In this document: positions 40,074-52,187 of the stretch, one piece after another
Numbering within the stretch: position 1 is the first letter of the stretch
Layout: the number at the start of each line of letters is the position of its first letter
Assembly: GCA_951406725.2 (NCBI GenBank)
Contig: OX597821.1
Span: 5,208,001-5,272,000, forward strand
Length of the DNA stretch: 64,000 nt
DNA from: Octopus vulgaris
Lineage: Eukaryota
Reading direction: 5' to 3'
Made by a program: the position numbers and the translations under genes
The notes under the pieces: generated by a model
What the model saw: only the letters and a program-made list of their open reading frames with translations
Database searches by the model: none
Told to the model about the DNA's origin: nothing

Positions 40074-41864
40074 ACTATGTACACATACTCACATACGTAT
40101 ATAGATGGATGTGTGTGTATTGTGTGTGTGAAATTACAAAGCTTTATTTTTATGATCTGTAACAGAAGATGGCTTGTCCGAAATGAATCATTTAAACGTT
40201 TTTACTGGAGAAAGAAAAAGCAATATTAAAAACAAAAGAAAGAGTTTCATCAAAACTGTCTCGCAATTTAGTTCCGTTCGTTTTTGAACTCGACATTTTG
40301 AATGATATACATCAATTTCCCATCGTTTGCATGGACTCCATATTCCTGTGTTGTAAATTGAAATAATTGTGGAGGCAGAAGAAGCACATTGTCATGCCAG
40401 TTAATTAGTAATATGAAGGTGAAACGAAGAGGCTGAATATTATACAAAATATTATTCATGAGAAAGCCGACATTCCACCCAGTTACAAATGTCGCTCATA
40501 TAACTTATAATATCCAAGAATTACACTGACGTGTATAATCCCTCTTATATCATATTGCTAATAAACTTCGGTCATTTTCGATCATAGATTTCTTTTTATT
40601 TTATGCTTTCTTTTCTTTCATTTTTTTTTTCCATTTCTTCAGATTTTCTATTAAAAAGATTATACACATAATGCGGCTGACTGCTATAAATATTATTGTA
40701 CCGTGTAGAATATCCATTCTATCTCATCTTACAAATTTACTACGGCCATTTTGGAGACGTTTGCTCTTCCTCCAGCACGCGGTTTTTTGTGTTTCTTTTT
40801 ATACTTTAGATTCTCTTAATTCTTTAGATACACTCAATATGATTCGCTGCTATAAAATCATGTCTAGAGAATCGCCATTGTTAATTACTATCCAGTTATA
40901 AAATTCTTACGAAAATTTATAATATATCATGATTTGGTAATGATTCCTACCCTCGTTCCAAAATATTTTTTTTCTTACAGAAATTTTTTTCCATTCTTTC
41001 CTTCTATTATCTTTTTCCATGAAATCGAGACATATTTTATTAATTTATTGTTAAAAAAGCCAAAAGACACATGAAATTTGAATAATAAAATGATCAAGAA
41101 AACGAAATTATATTCATTATGTCAAAGAGTTTTAAGAAATTAAACAATTATCGTTCTTTAGTGCCATTTTTTTTATATTTAATATAAAACGATACATTTA
41201 AATTTTATTTCACAATATTTTTTTGCAGCCTTCATCAGAATCATAAATTCAGAAGAAAACGATGAGAAAAATAAATAACAAGTTTTAAAATAGTTAAGCT
41301 AGCAATTTTTATTTTCATTCTTTACACAGAATAACCTGGGTCTATAAATTAATTAATTACATTTTCAACTTGAAAAATATAATTATGGAACATTTTTATT
41401 ATATAATCAAAAGAGAAATTATTTTCTACCAAGGAGATTCATTATTTTGTAACAAAAATGTCTCATCCGGTATTTGATAGCACTGAGAACGGTTAAGTAT
41501 ACTCGCTTTGTCTCTGTCTCATTCTCTCTCTCTCTCTCTTTTCGCTCTCCCTCTTTAACCCTCACACACTCTCTCTCTCCCTCTCTCTCTCTGTCATTCT
41601 CTCTCTCACTCTGTAGATACTTGTGTGTTTGTATACATATGCGTATGTATATATGTATGTATATATGTATATATGTATGTGCACTATTATGTGTGCATGT
41701 ATGTATATGTGTGCATGTATGTATGTGTATGCATGTATGTATATGTGTGCATGTATGTATGTGTATGCATGTATGTATGTATCTGTGTATTTTATAATCT
41801 TATGCTTGCGTTACTCATAAACAGAAATGTTCCTTTTCCACTCATGAAAATGAGTGGAACTTTG

Positions 41865-42365
41865 GTCTAGTTGATCTCATGTCATCAAGCGGTATCCAAC
41901 GATAATCGAGAGGTTTAACCCCGAAGCGTCAAACCTTCCTGTTAGTAGGTCAGGAGAGGTGGTCATATCATTGCTGATCATCTCTTCCGGGCTTCTAGCT
42001 TAACACCTCTCTCTTGTTCCATAACCAGCAAGAAGCTGTTTCTGCTGCATCCCTTATCCTGCCCACAGCTCCATTCTGCTCTTTTCGTCTCACTCTAGTG
42101 CTTTTAAGTATCTTGCAGACCGACTGGGTTGGAAAACACTTGCAACCAGCCCCAACTGGGAAAAGTCAACATCCTGCAGCAGGCTACCGTACTTGTCACC
42201 TTTCTATTTCCAAGCTTCATCACACACTCCATCACACGGAACTGTAAGCTGGGTCAAGATAATTATTTTTGCCTTTTCAGACCACAGATCTCCATCTGAT
42301 TTGAAGGCCGTATGTAATGACCTAGGAAACTGAAGTCTTTCCTTCGGGTTCATTTTCATATCCCG
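41865..42365 (-). mobile_element. 3' fragment of a Hero-like (R2 superfamily) non-LTR retrotransposon, REL endonuclease + 3' UTR
   Basis: minus-strand FKSDGDLWSEKAKIIILTQLTVPCDGVCDEAWK*KGDKY...FPVGAGCKCFPTQSV matches LRPDxVLWS..IxELTVPWE..KY..FPVEVGCRGF. Confidence 0.75.
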
Positions 42366-42469
42366 TGACTGAGATTCATGTAATAAGCTATTTATCCGTT
42401 TTGCTGCCTCACTGGCTTTTCTTATTCATGTATTTGATTGCTGACGTCATTTTCCCTTAATGTTGGTGT

Positions 42470-42661
42470 ACTTTATTTTCTCATGCCTGTTTCACTCATT
42501 GGACCACAGCCATACTGGTGTACTACATTGAGAGGCTTTCCTTCGAGAAATCAGCTTAATGATTCCTACATATTCTACCGTTCTCTAGGTTACGAAGAAA
42601 TAAACAAAGTGATACCAGTTGTCGAGTTGTAGAAGGTACAGAAACAAGACAGACACACACA

Positions 42662-42662
<1 letters not shown>
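42470..42662 (-). mobile_element. SINE family A 3' half, degenerate
   Basis: TGTTTCACTCATTGGACCACAGCCATACTGG...CCAGTTGTCGAG...AGACACACAC. Confidence 0.55.
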
Positions 42663-42671
<9 letters not shown>

Positions 42672-42719
<48 letters not shown>

Positions 42720-43207
42720 TGTCAATGTGTGTGTGTGTGTGTCTATGTATATAAATACAATGGTCCTGAGGAAGTAGATGCAATACAGATACTCATCTCT
42801 GATCGCAATGCTTGTTATGATAGAAACAACTGTAAGATAATGAAGATGGTTACGTATTTTTTTCTTTTGCTATTCATTAATTCATACTAGGCTCGCTACA
42901 AATTTGATGCTTCAATCTAAAGTATAAATATATTTGTTTCTAGCAACTAGATATTAAGAAACGCTATACCTAAGCGAAAACATAACTCACATACACACAC
43001 ACACCTATATATATACATATCTGTGTGTGTGTGTATGTGTGTGTGTGTGAGTGTGTGTGTACATACATACATACATACATATATATATATATATGTATGT
43101 ATGTATGTATGTACACACATACATACATATATATATATGTATGTATGTACACACACACATACATACATATATATATATGTATGTATGTACACACACACTC
43201 ACACACA

Positions 43208-43252
<45 letters not shown>

Positions 43253-43542
43253 GTATATATATAGGTGTGTGTGTATGTGAGTTATGTTTTCGCTTAGGTA
43301 TAGCGTTTCTTAATATCTAGTTGCTAGAACTAAATATATTTATACTTTAGATTGAAGCATCAGATTTGTAGCGAGCCTAGTATGAATTAATGAATAGCAA
43401 CAGAAGAAATACGTAACCATCTTCATTATCTTACAGTTGTTTCTATCATAACAAGCATTGCGATCAGAGATGAGTATCTGTATTGCATCTACTTCCTCAG
43501 GACCATTGTATTTATATGCATACACACACACACACACACACT

Positions 43543-43578
<36 letters not shown>
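42672..43578. repeat. ~900-bp near-perfect palindrome (unique arms ~42719-43020 / ~43245-43547, self-complementary microsatellite centre, (TA)n outside)
   Basis: AAATACAATGGTCCTGAGGAAGTAGATGC...CCTAAGCGAAAACATAACTCAC recurs in reverse complement with only a handful of substitutions; ORFs 42556-42783, 42947-43198, 43051-43320 and 43340-43537 show the mirroring. Confidence 0.95.
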
Positions 43579-43582
<4 letters not shown>

Positions 43583-43670
43583 TCTATTTGCGTCTATTTT
43601 CTTTCCTCCACCTCACTCTATATTTTGTATGACATCTAACCTAAATATGACTTAATCATCCTCTCACACC

Positions 43671-43719
43671 GTCTCCAATGAAAGGTTATAATTAATAAAT
43701 GTCTGGAAACAGCTGTAAG

Positions 43720-43721
<2 letters not shown>
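43671..43721 (+). ncRNA. degenerate minimal hammerhead-ribozyme-like motif
   Basis: GTCT-CCAATGA-AAGG...TCTG-GAAA-CAGCTG-TA-AGAC: stem I GTCT/AGAC and palindromic stem III ACAGCTGT, but the core is mutated. Confidence 0.45.
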
Positions 43722-43773
<52 letters not shown>

Positions 43774-44511
43774 TGTATGTATGTATGTATATATATAGAG
43801 AGATAGATATATATATTGAGAGAGAGAGAGAGAGAGAGAGAATGAGAGAGAGACATGGAGAACGAGAGGGATACAAAGGGGAAAATAGAAACGATGGGCT
43901 TCAACATAACTTTCGTCTATTAAGCTCACTTATAATGCATTGGTCATCTCAGAGCTATACTTGAAAACACCTCTCGAAAGTGCAGGTGCTTGTAATGTAT
44001 CATTTTACTGAATTGCAGCAAAATTCATATTATTTCGTTCAAACAAGAAAACATATAACTGTTAATAATCTAATTTTGTGCAATTACTTCTATAATTCAA
44101 CATTTTTGGCGACTCCTGTAATTATTAAACATTTTGAGCATCTTGATAATAAGTGCCATTTTTTCTATGCAGAGTAAAATTCGGTCACTGAGTCATTCCC
44201 CTTTCTCAGAACTTGGACGTGAAGTCTATTGGCTGCAGTATAATTGGTGCAGTATTTGTACTCATGTACAACATTCAGAGTCATTGTATATTCAGTGGGC
44301 CATTTGTTATCGTACCCAAAACCGGAGTACAGTTCTGTGTTTATATATATATATAATTATATATAAACAAGTTGCAATTAACCCTTTATTATAATTATAT
44401 ATAATCCTTACCGAATATGGCCATTTCCATACCGAAAAATCTACTAAGTGAAATTTATTAATTTTATTAAATTAATTATATTTCACCCCTTATGTGTATA
44501 CATATATATAC

Positions 44512-44667
<156 letters not shown>

Positions 44668-44694
44668 TCATAGATATATGCATATCTACGTATC

Positions 44695-45153
44695 TAGGAC
44701 AATCCATAATGGAATCTGACGGAAGGATAACTCCGAGAACAAAGAAATAAGAACCCACACTATGATAAAAGCCATAGTCACTCATAATAAAAATGAATAC
44801 TGGTGGAATGTCCCAGTGAAAACTTAAATAAAATAAATGTAAGCACAACATACCTGAAATAATTATTTCGGATAGAGAGGGGAAACTGTGTTCAGTTTTG
44901 GAAATTAGCCTTCCAGCGTATGTTAAAATGAAGCTGAAGATCAGTGAAAAAGAGAATACCTTCGCTGAACTATTGAGAAATCTGCAGTTACTCTATCCAG
45001 ATTACAGGTCCAGGTTTATACATGTAGTTATTGTGGCCCTGGAATGTGTATCACACTGCCTAAATACCAGTCTCACAACTGGAAAGGAGAAAGCTTATTC
45101 GAAGACAACAGATGCATGTGAATACATACATAAAGCTAAACATACACAGCTGC

Positions 45154-45184
<31 letters not shown>

Positions 45185-45352
45185 CATACATACATACATA
45201 CATACATACGTACATACATTCATACATACATACATACAAGAATACCTTGTTGTTGATGTTTAAATTCCACTGAAGGAGCCTTGGATTTAGGTTAGAAACC
45301 GACTTTTTCTCTAAATGCAAGAAATCTTGAAATAAAACTGAACAATGACATA
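44695..45352 (+). mobile_element. R4/Dong-like LINE 3' fragment 1 (REL endonuclease + 3' UTR interrupted by (TACA)n)
   Basis: [71 protein letters not shown]. Confidence 0.8.
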
Positions 45353-45364
45353 TATACATACATA

Positions 45365-45745
45365 CGAGATATGTTCCGTTGTGGATAGCAGCTGTCCTCT
45401 GGACACGGATACGTTTAGAGAAATACAAGAAAAAGAGGACATCAATGGGCCATTGATAAGGAGTTCGAAAATCCATTACCCACGATAAACTTTTAGGTTC
45501 ATACCTATTATCATTATTAGAGCGGTAGGTGCCATACCAACCCATCTGTTTCAAAATATAGCTGAACTTGAGAATTTGAGGGAGGAATGCAAATCCTTAA
45601 TACCTGTGCTACGATATCCAGGACTATAAAAATTAGCAAGGCCATTCTTAAGATTTTAAGGACGATGGTTTAAACAAGAAACACAACCTTGCTACGAAGT
45701 ATGTGGCCAGTAAGAAATTACTTTAAAATAAAATAAAGAGAAGAA
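45365..45745 (+). mobile_element. R4/Dong-like LINE 3' fragment 2
   Basis: ICSVVDSSCPLDTDTFREIQEKEDINGPLIRSSKIHYPR*TFRFIPIIIIRAVGAIP, followed by (TACA)n. Confidence 0.7.
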
Positions 45746-45778
45746 CATTATGCATACATACATACATGCATGCATACA

Positions 45779-45812
<34 letters not shown>

Positions 45813-45864
45813 CATACATGCGTAAACGCACACACACTCTCTCACACACACATACATTCACCGA

Positions 45865-46245
45865 AATATAGAGGTCACTTGTGCTGCTGATGTAAATATC
45901 TATTTGAAAATCAATGGGAAAAAGGATAACTATGGATACATGCTTCAAAACTGCCAGCTTCTCTGTCCAGGTTATTAATTCAAAGATATACCAATAATCA
46001 TTGGTGCACTTAATTTTGTGAGTATTGTGACATTCTGGATAAGCTGAGGTTCTCGGAAAATAAAACCCTGCCAACTAACTCGCACATTGCGAATGCAATC
46101 TTTAAGTGGAACAATAAATTTATGCAAGTTTAAAATGTGAAATTATTTTTACTTTCTACATGCCAATCATGGAAATTTGTATACATCTTAGGAACAAGCT
46201 CCTACCTCAGAGGACGAATTTAAATAGATATATACAGAAAACTAC
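45865..46245 (+). mobile_element. R4/Dong-like LINE 3' fragment 3
   Basis: EVTCAADVNIYLKINGKKDNYGYMLQNCQLLCPGY*FKDIPIIIGAL...LRMQSLSGTINLCK, followed by (TACA)n. Confidence 0.7.
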
Positions 46246-46286
46246 ATACATACATACATACATATATACATACATACATACATACA

Positions 46287-46320
<34 letters not shown>

Positions 46321-48194
46321 CATTCATACACATATACATATCAGAGTGTACAGGTGTGTTAGTCTATGAGAATATATTAGTATACGTATAGATACGAGTT
46401 ATTAACATAGGCATACATATATCTTTGCAGCATTTACCACAAAATGCTCGAGTTAATACATACTCCCATTATAGGAAGTTATTATTTCACAAATAAATGC
46501 AGGCGAGCGGGTAGAATCGTTAGCAGGTCGGGCTAAGTCCTTAGCAGCATTTCTTTCGTACTGAGCTCAAATTCCATCGCAGTCGACTTTGCCTTTCATC
46601 CCTTTCGGGATCGATTATAGAAGTACCACTTGAACAGTGACCCCTTCCACCGTAATTTCTGACCTTGAGCCAAAATGTAAAACTAATATTTCACAATTGA
46701 CATAATTTACAGTTTGTAAAATCCCGACTAAATGAGGGTAAGATAGATATAATTTTACGCCCCAGAGAGACTACGGGACAATTTATGTATGATTTGAACA
46801 CAAAACCTAGCGACAATGAAAACAAAATCGTCCAAGTTTCTTATCCACTGAGCCACACCAATTATTTGACATACAGAGAAAGGTCTACGTTGATAAGTCT
46901 GAGAAAGTTTTCAAGTTTCTAGTTATTTATTCATTGTTGTTATCATTATCGTCTTTGACTTAGTTATAGCACAACTGATGTTGGTACTTCGTTTCTTGTC
47001 GTTGTAGCTATTGGTGTTACTGTTGTTGCTGTTGTGGTTGTGGTGGTGATGCTGGTGGTGTTGGGTTGGTGGTGGTGGTTGCATGTCTCTTCATTAAGAG
47101 TACAAAGCTACGTTACAAATCAAGTAAATTGTGGAGAATAAATTGCTCGCGGCACTCAAGCTTAGTTATACGTACATTTATCATTTTTCACCAACGAGTA
47201 TATATATGTATATATGTGTATATGTGTATACATATACAATTATAGATATATGTGTGTGTACGTATGCGTACATATACATATAGGTGCATACGAAATGATA
47301 TATGTATATATATACGTGTAAATGTATATGCGTGTGAGTACATGTATATATATATGTGCGTCTGTACATATGTATATATATATATATATACATATATAAC
47401 ACATACATACATACACGCATACATATATCGCACATCTAGCAATGAACATGTACAAGAAATATACATGTATATGAATGCATTCATAAGTGTATATGTATAC
47501 ATGTAAAATATACACATATATATATAGGTATAGATGTATATATATAATCCTATATACCATATATATATATATGTGCATATGTGTGTGTGTGTGTAATTCA
47601 TAGAAATACGTACATATATGATTTATACAATGTGCATATATACATCACGTATTAATATGCGTTTATATATGCGTATGTGTGCATAATTAGAACTGGGATA
47701 TCTCATCTGATAGGAAAAGACGATAGTTGTGCGGTGATGGGTAGTTCTCGATCTATTTTATCTTTGGTGGTCTACTTGAAAATAATGAATCACGTGAAAT
47801 GAATAAATATCTGGGTAAAGGAGAAAAAATAAATTGAAATCAAAGAGTAATATTATTCTAACGAGTTATTCAATTCTGTTTTGATGCTGATATCAACGAA
47901 TGTCTGTAATAGAACTACGACCAAAGAATTTAAAAAATGAAAGAAAGAAGCGTGGACTTCATCAATATTTTTGTTTCACTTGGGTCCTCATTTTTTAGTA
48001 CTGACAAGAGGAAATTATGAATATATGTGTGCTTGTGAGCGTATATATTCATACGTGCGAGTGTGTATGCCTTTTTGTGCATATATATAAATTTATATAT
48101 ATGTGTGTGTGTATGTATATATGCATATATAGATATGTGTGTATATATATATGTGTATGTATATATATGTATATATATATCTATATATATATGT

Positions 48195-48282
<88 letters not shown>

Positions 48283-48333
48283 GAAAAAAGTCATCGTAGA
48301 AAATTCTAAAATAATTTTATAATAAAAACATTT

Positions 48334-48370
48334 TAATACCGGTTTCAGTCATTGAGACATTTTCAACTCT
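48334..48370 (-). ncRNA. minimal hammerhead-ribozyme-like motif (U3-A8 core variant)
   Basis: minus strand AG-TTGAAAA-T-GTC-TCAAT-GAC-T-GAAA-CCGG-TA-TT; palindromic stem III ACCGGT; weak stem I. Confidence 0.4.
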
Positions 48371-48970
48371 AAGTATGGAAAGCAATTACATTTTGGTAAA
48401 ATCAAATGAAAAGAATTTTAAAAGAATATTTGCATAATATTCAAATAGAAGGGGCATATCCCTTGTTTCTGCCTGTCTCTGTATCTCTTGTTTACACTTG
48501 TGGGTTCGAGGTCGCTGTGAATTCTTGGCAGGGAAGAAGCAGAAGTAGGATGTTGAATGGTCAAGTGCCCTGAAAATGACTTGCTGTGGATGGTAGCAGT
48601 GATGAATTCTTGAGGTATCTCTTTTGAATGTATTGCTTTAATATTTGCGTGGGTGTTATTCTAAGCAGCATTAGTAGTAAAGTAAGGAAGGATGTGGCGG
48701 AGAGGAAGAAGAAGACGAAGAATGAATGGAAGGAGAAGAAGCGAAAGAATACTATAAGAATGCGTGAGTGGTATGATAGTAGTAGGATGTTAAATGGTCA
48801 AGTGAGCCGAAATGGCTTATTGTGGATTATAGTAATCATTGGGGCTGGGTTTCTATTATTGGCGCAAAAAAAAAACCCTATTAATATTTAGTACTAAGTA
48901 AGTAGTCAACCTCTATTCCAATACCCCCCGCAACCTAGGAACAGCGGAAATTAACATCTGGCTACACAAT

Positions 48971-49357
48971 GACCCAGTGGTTAGGGCAGCGGACTCGCGG
49001 TCGTAGGATCGCGGTTTCGATTCCCAGACCGGGCGTTGTGAGTGTTTATTGAGCGAAAACACCTAAAAGCTCCACGAGGCTCCGGCAGGGGATGGTGGTG
49101 ATCCCTGCTGTACTCTTTCACCACAACTTTCTCTCACTCTTACTTCCTCTTTCTGTTGTACCTGTATTTCAAAGGGCCGGCCTTGTCACTCTCTGTGTCA
49201 CGCTGAATATCCCCGAGAACTACGTTAAGGGTACACGTGTCTGTGGAGTGCTCAGCCACTTACACGTTAATTTCACGAGCAGGCTGTTCCGTTGATTCGG
49301 ATCAACCGGAACCCTAATCGTCGTAACCGACGGAGTGCTTCCACTCCATTCCATTCC
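48971..49357 (+). mobile_element. young SINE family B copy inserted in the PLE RT, TSD ACACAAT
   Basis: nearly identical to 30725-31108; ACACAAT at 48964-48970 and 49358-49364; (CCATT)n tail. Confidence 0.93.
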
Positions 49358-50486
49358 ACACAATTACCTCAACAAACTCCCACATCACATCTAAAAAATT
49401 CGTGATATCTTGGAGAATAACTACTTCGTCTTCAAAGACAACTTCTACCGACAAAAATCGGGGACGGCAATGGGTACGAGAATCCACCCCACCTGCTAAC
49501 CTAGTTATGGGATATCTGGAAAGTAGTCTTTATCGTAAGCTACTAGAAAAAGTACGGTAACCCACTCTCCACTCTACATAGAAAATAACTGGAATAGATA
49601 CCTGGATGGCTGTTTCATTCTTTGGTATGAATGTATAAAGAAACTTAAAGAATTTCAAGCACTTATGAATGGACTTGATGTAAACATTCAATTCACGATG
49701 ATTCATCAACAAGTTCCCTTCCTCGTTCATCCTCATGAACAAATCTAACAACGTAATAGGAACAGATATATACTATAAGCCTGCGGACTCCAAGCAATAT
49801 CTACCGTTCAACTCATGCCACCCGATACACCAGAATGAATATCCCCTTGAACCTAGCTAAAAGGATCTGTGCTATATTTTCTAATGCAAAGACCAGAGAC
49901 ACACGACTACATGAACTAAAGGATACACTCATCACCAGGAACTACCCACCTTCACTAATTGACATATGCTTTCAACGTGCCCTCCAACTCAACATCCACG
50001 AACTCAGACATCCCAAATTAAAAAAGAATTTACAACCAAAAGCCCTACCATGCATCTCCACACACAACCCTCTTAACAGGGAAGCCTTCGACACCATCTT
50101 TCAAAAAATTCACCCTGTTAAAAAGGACCACAGAATGAACTTAATCCTCCAAACACACACCATCGCAAAAAGCAAGAGACAACCCAAATCTATGAAAAGT
50201 CTTCTAATACAAGCCCGAATACGCTCAACAACAACAACACTGAAGCCGTCAGTAAAAAAATGCGGAAGATCCAACTGTGGGATATGCGTCAATTTAATAG
50301 AGGGACCAGTGTTCTCCTTCAAACAGGGACAACGTTTCACAGGGAAAAGCAGCCTCACATGTGCTTCAGAGAACCTGATATACGCGCTAACCTGCTCTGG
50401 GTGTCAACAGTCTATGTTAAAGGATGGCTGTACACAGATCCCAGATCAAAAGTCCGTAAAACAAAAAAAGTAGATTTATGGGAAAT

Positions 50487-50544
50487 ATTATGTTGATAAG
50501 GAAATGTACTTTACGATTCTAATCCAGAAACGTACGTCCATAAT
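50487..50544 (+). ncRNA. type I minimal hammerhead ribozyme candidate (U3-A8 core) just downstream of the PLE ORF
   Basis: ATTATG-TTGATAA-GGA...TCC-A-GAAA-CGTACG-TC-CATAAT: 6-bp stem I, GGA/TCC stem II, palindromic stem III, GUC cleavage triplet. Confidence 0.6.
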
Positions 50545-50722
50545 TAATCCGAAGACTGTGTGATTTCGTTGGTTTTCTTCTTTTTTTTTGCCATATGTGA
50601 GTTACAAATATTGTTGTCTGTGGAGACTTATTTTTGTAGTAAAAGGAAATAGTAGTCTTTTGGCTGCTATTTCTAATATTTTCGGTATGTGGGTTAAGCA
50701 AATTGTTGCAAAATACCCTTAT

Positions 50723-50770
<48 letters not shown>

Positions 50771-51938
50771 TGTGTTTATGTGTTTGTGTGTGTGTATACA
50801 TTTATATGTGTATATATATATATGTATATATATTTACATGATATTTGCATGACACTATATTTTCATATGTGATAGTTTTGCTGTTTTAATCATTGAGTGA
50901 GATATTATAAGGTATTGGCCAAAATCATTTACATGGATTCTATGAGGAATGAAAGAACGGGACACAGTTTACGTCAAAGTGAATACGAAGCGTCGAAGCT
51001 TCCAATGCTGTCCGTTACGCTAAAATCACTGAGGACGTGAATGGAGGATGGGACAATGAATGCATATGGCGGACTTGGGCTGCCATTGTTGGTGTTGTGG
51101 CGATCGTTGCTTTTATTTTTGTTGTGGCTTTAGTCGTTATTTGTGTTACAGTTTTTTGTGGTTTATTTCCTGTTTTTTGCAGTAGTCGTCGCTGTTGCTC
51201 TTTTTGCTATTATGCCCGTTCTTTCTGCTTGGAATTTTATTGTTGTTGGTGGTGGTGATGGCGGTGGTGGTGGTGGTGGTGGTGTGGTGGTGGTGTTTGT
51301 GGTGGTGCTTGTGAATTGCTGCTGTCGTTGCCGTCGACGCTGAAGTATTAGCTCCTGCTTTTGTTCATTCATTTGCTCCTATCTCTCCACTCATTGTTGC
51401 TTCTCTTCCTATTTACTTTAACGTTTCTATTTATTTCAATGCCATGCGACCAATAATAAACGTAATTATAACTTGGGCCAACAGATCATTTCCGTCAGTA
51501 TTTACTAGTATCGGGAACTGCATCTTTCCATATGTGGGTCTCTTTTCTAAGACGTATCAAACGTGATTTTTAGAATGTACGTCTGCTATTTCCTGCAAAC
51601 CGGAAGTCGACATAGAGATACTATTATTCGGTTCACTACAAGAAGACTCTGTTTTTGTTACACTATGAAGAGGAAACTAAATGAATATACTTTCTGTGTG
51701 TCTATGTGTATAGCTAAATGTTATCATAAAAATGTATGCGACACTGAAATCACACGTGACATATATGTACGCACCCCCATGGCCATACACACACGCACAC
51801 GCACAGACACAGAGACTCACACACACACACAGACAAACACACTGACTCACACATATATTTATAATGTATGTATATATATAGGCGCAGGTGTGCGTGTGTG
51901 CATCTATGGATATATATATATATGTATGTATGTGTATG

Positions 51939-51970
<32 letters not shown>

Positions 51971-52151
51971 AATATATGTATGTATGTGTATGTATATATA
52001 TATATATATATATACGCACATACACATATATAGAGAGATTTTAATATACCTATATATATGTATATAATATATAATTATTCATAACTTATAAATTCGTATA
52101 CATATATTTACATATATGCACACTAAAAGATTATGCCTGTATGTATGTATA

Positions 52152-52187
<36 letters not shown>

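Larger units (their letters stand above)
48895..50700 (+). mobile_element. Penelope-like element (Neptune-type Cys linker), RT to start of GIY-YIG, decayed and interrupted by a family B SINE
   Basis: NLYSNTP.NLG...WL; LENNYFVFKDNFYRQKSGTAMG; ANLVMGYLE; WNRYLDGCFILW; YYKPADSKQYLPFNSCHP; ORF 49835-50473 NIPLNLAKRICAI...NYPPSLID...KCGRSNCGIC...CASENLIYALTCSGC. Confidence 0.9.
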
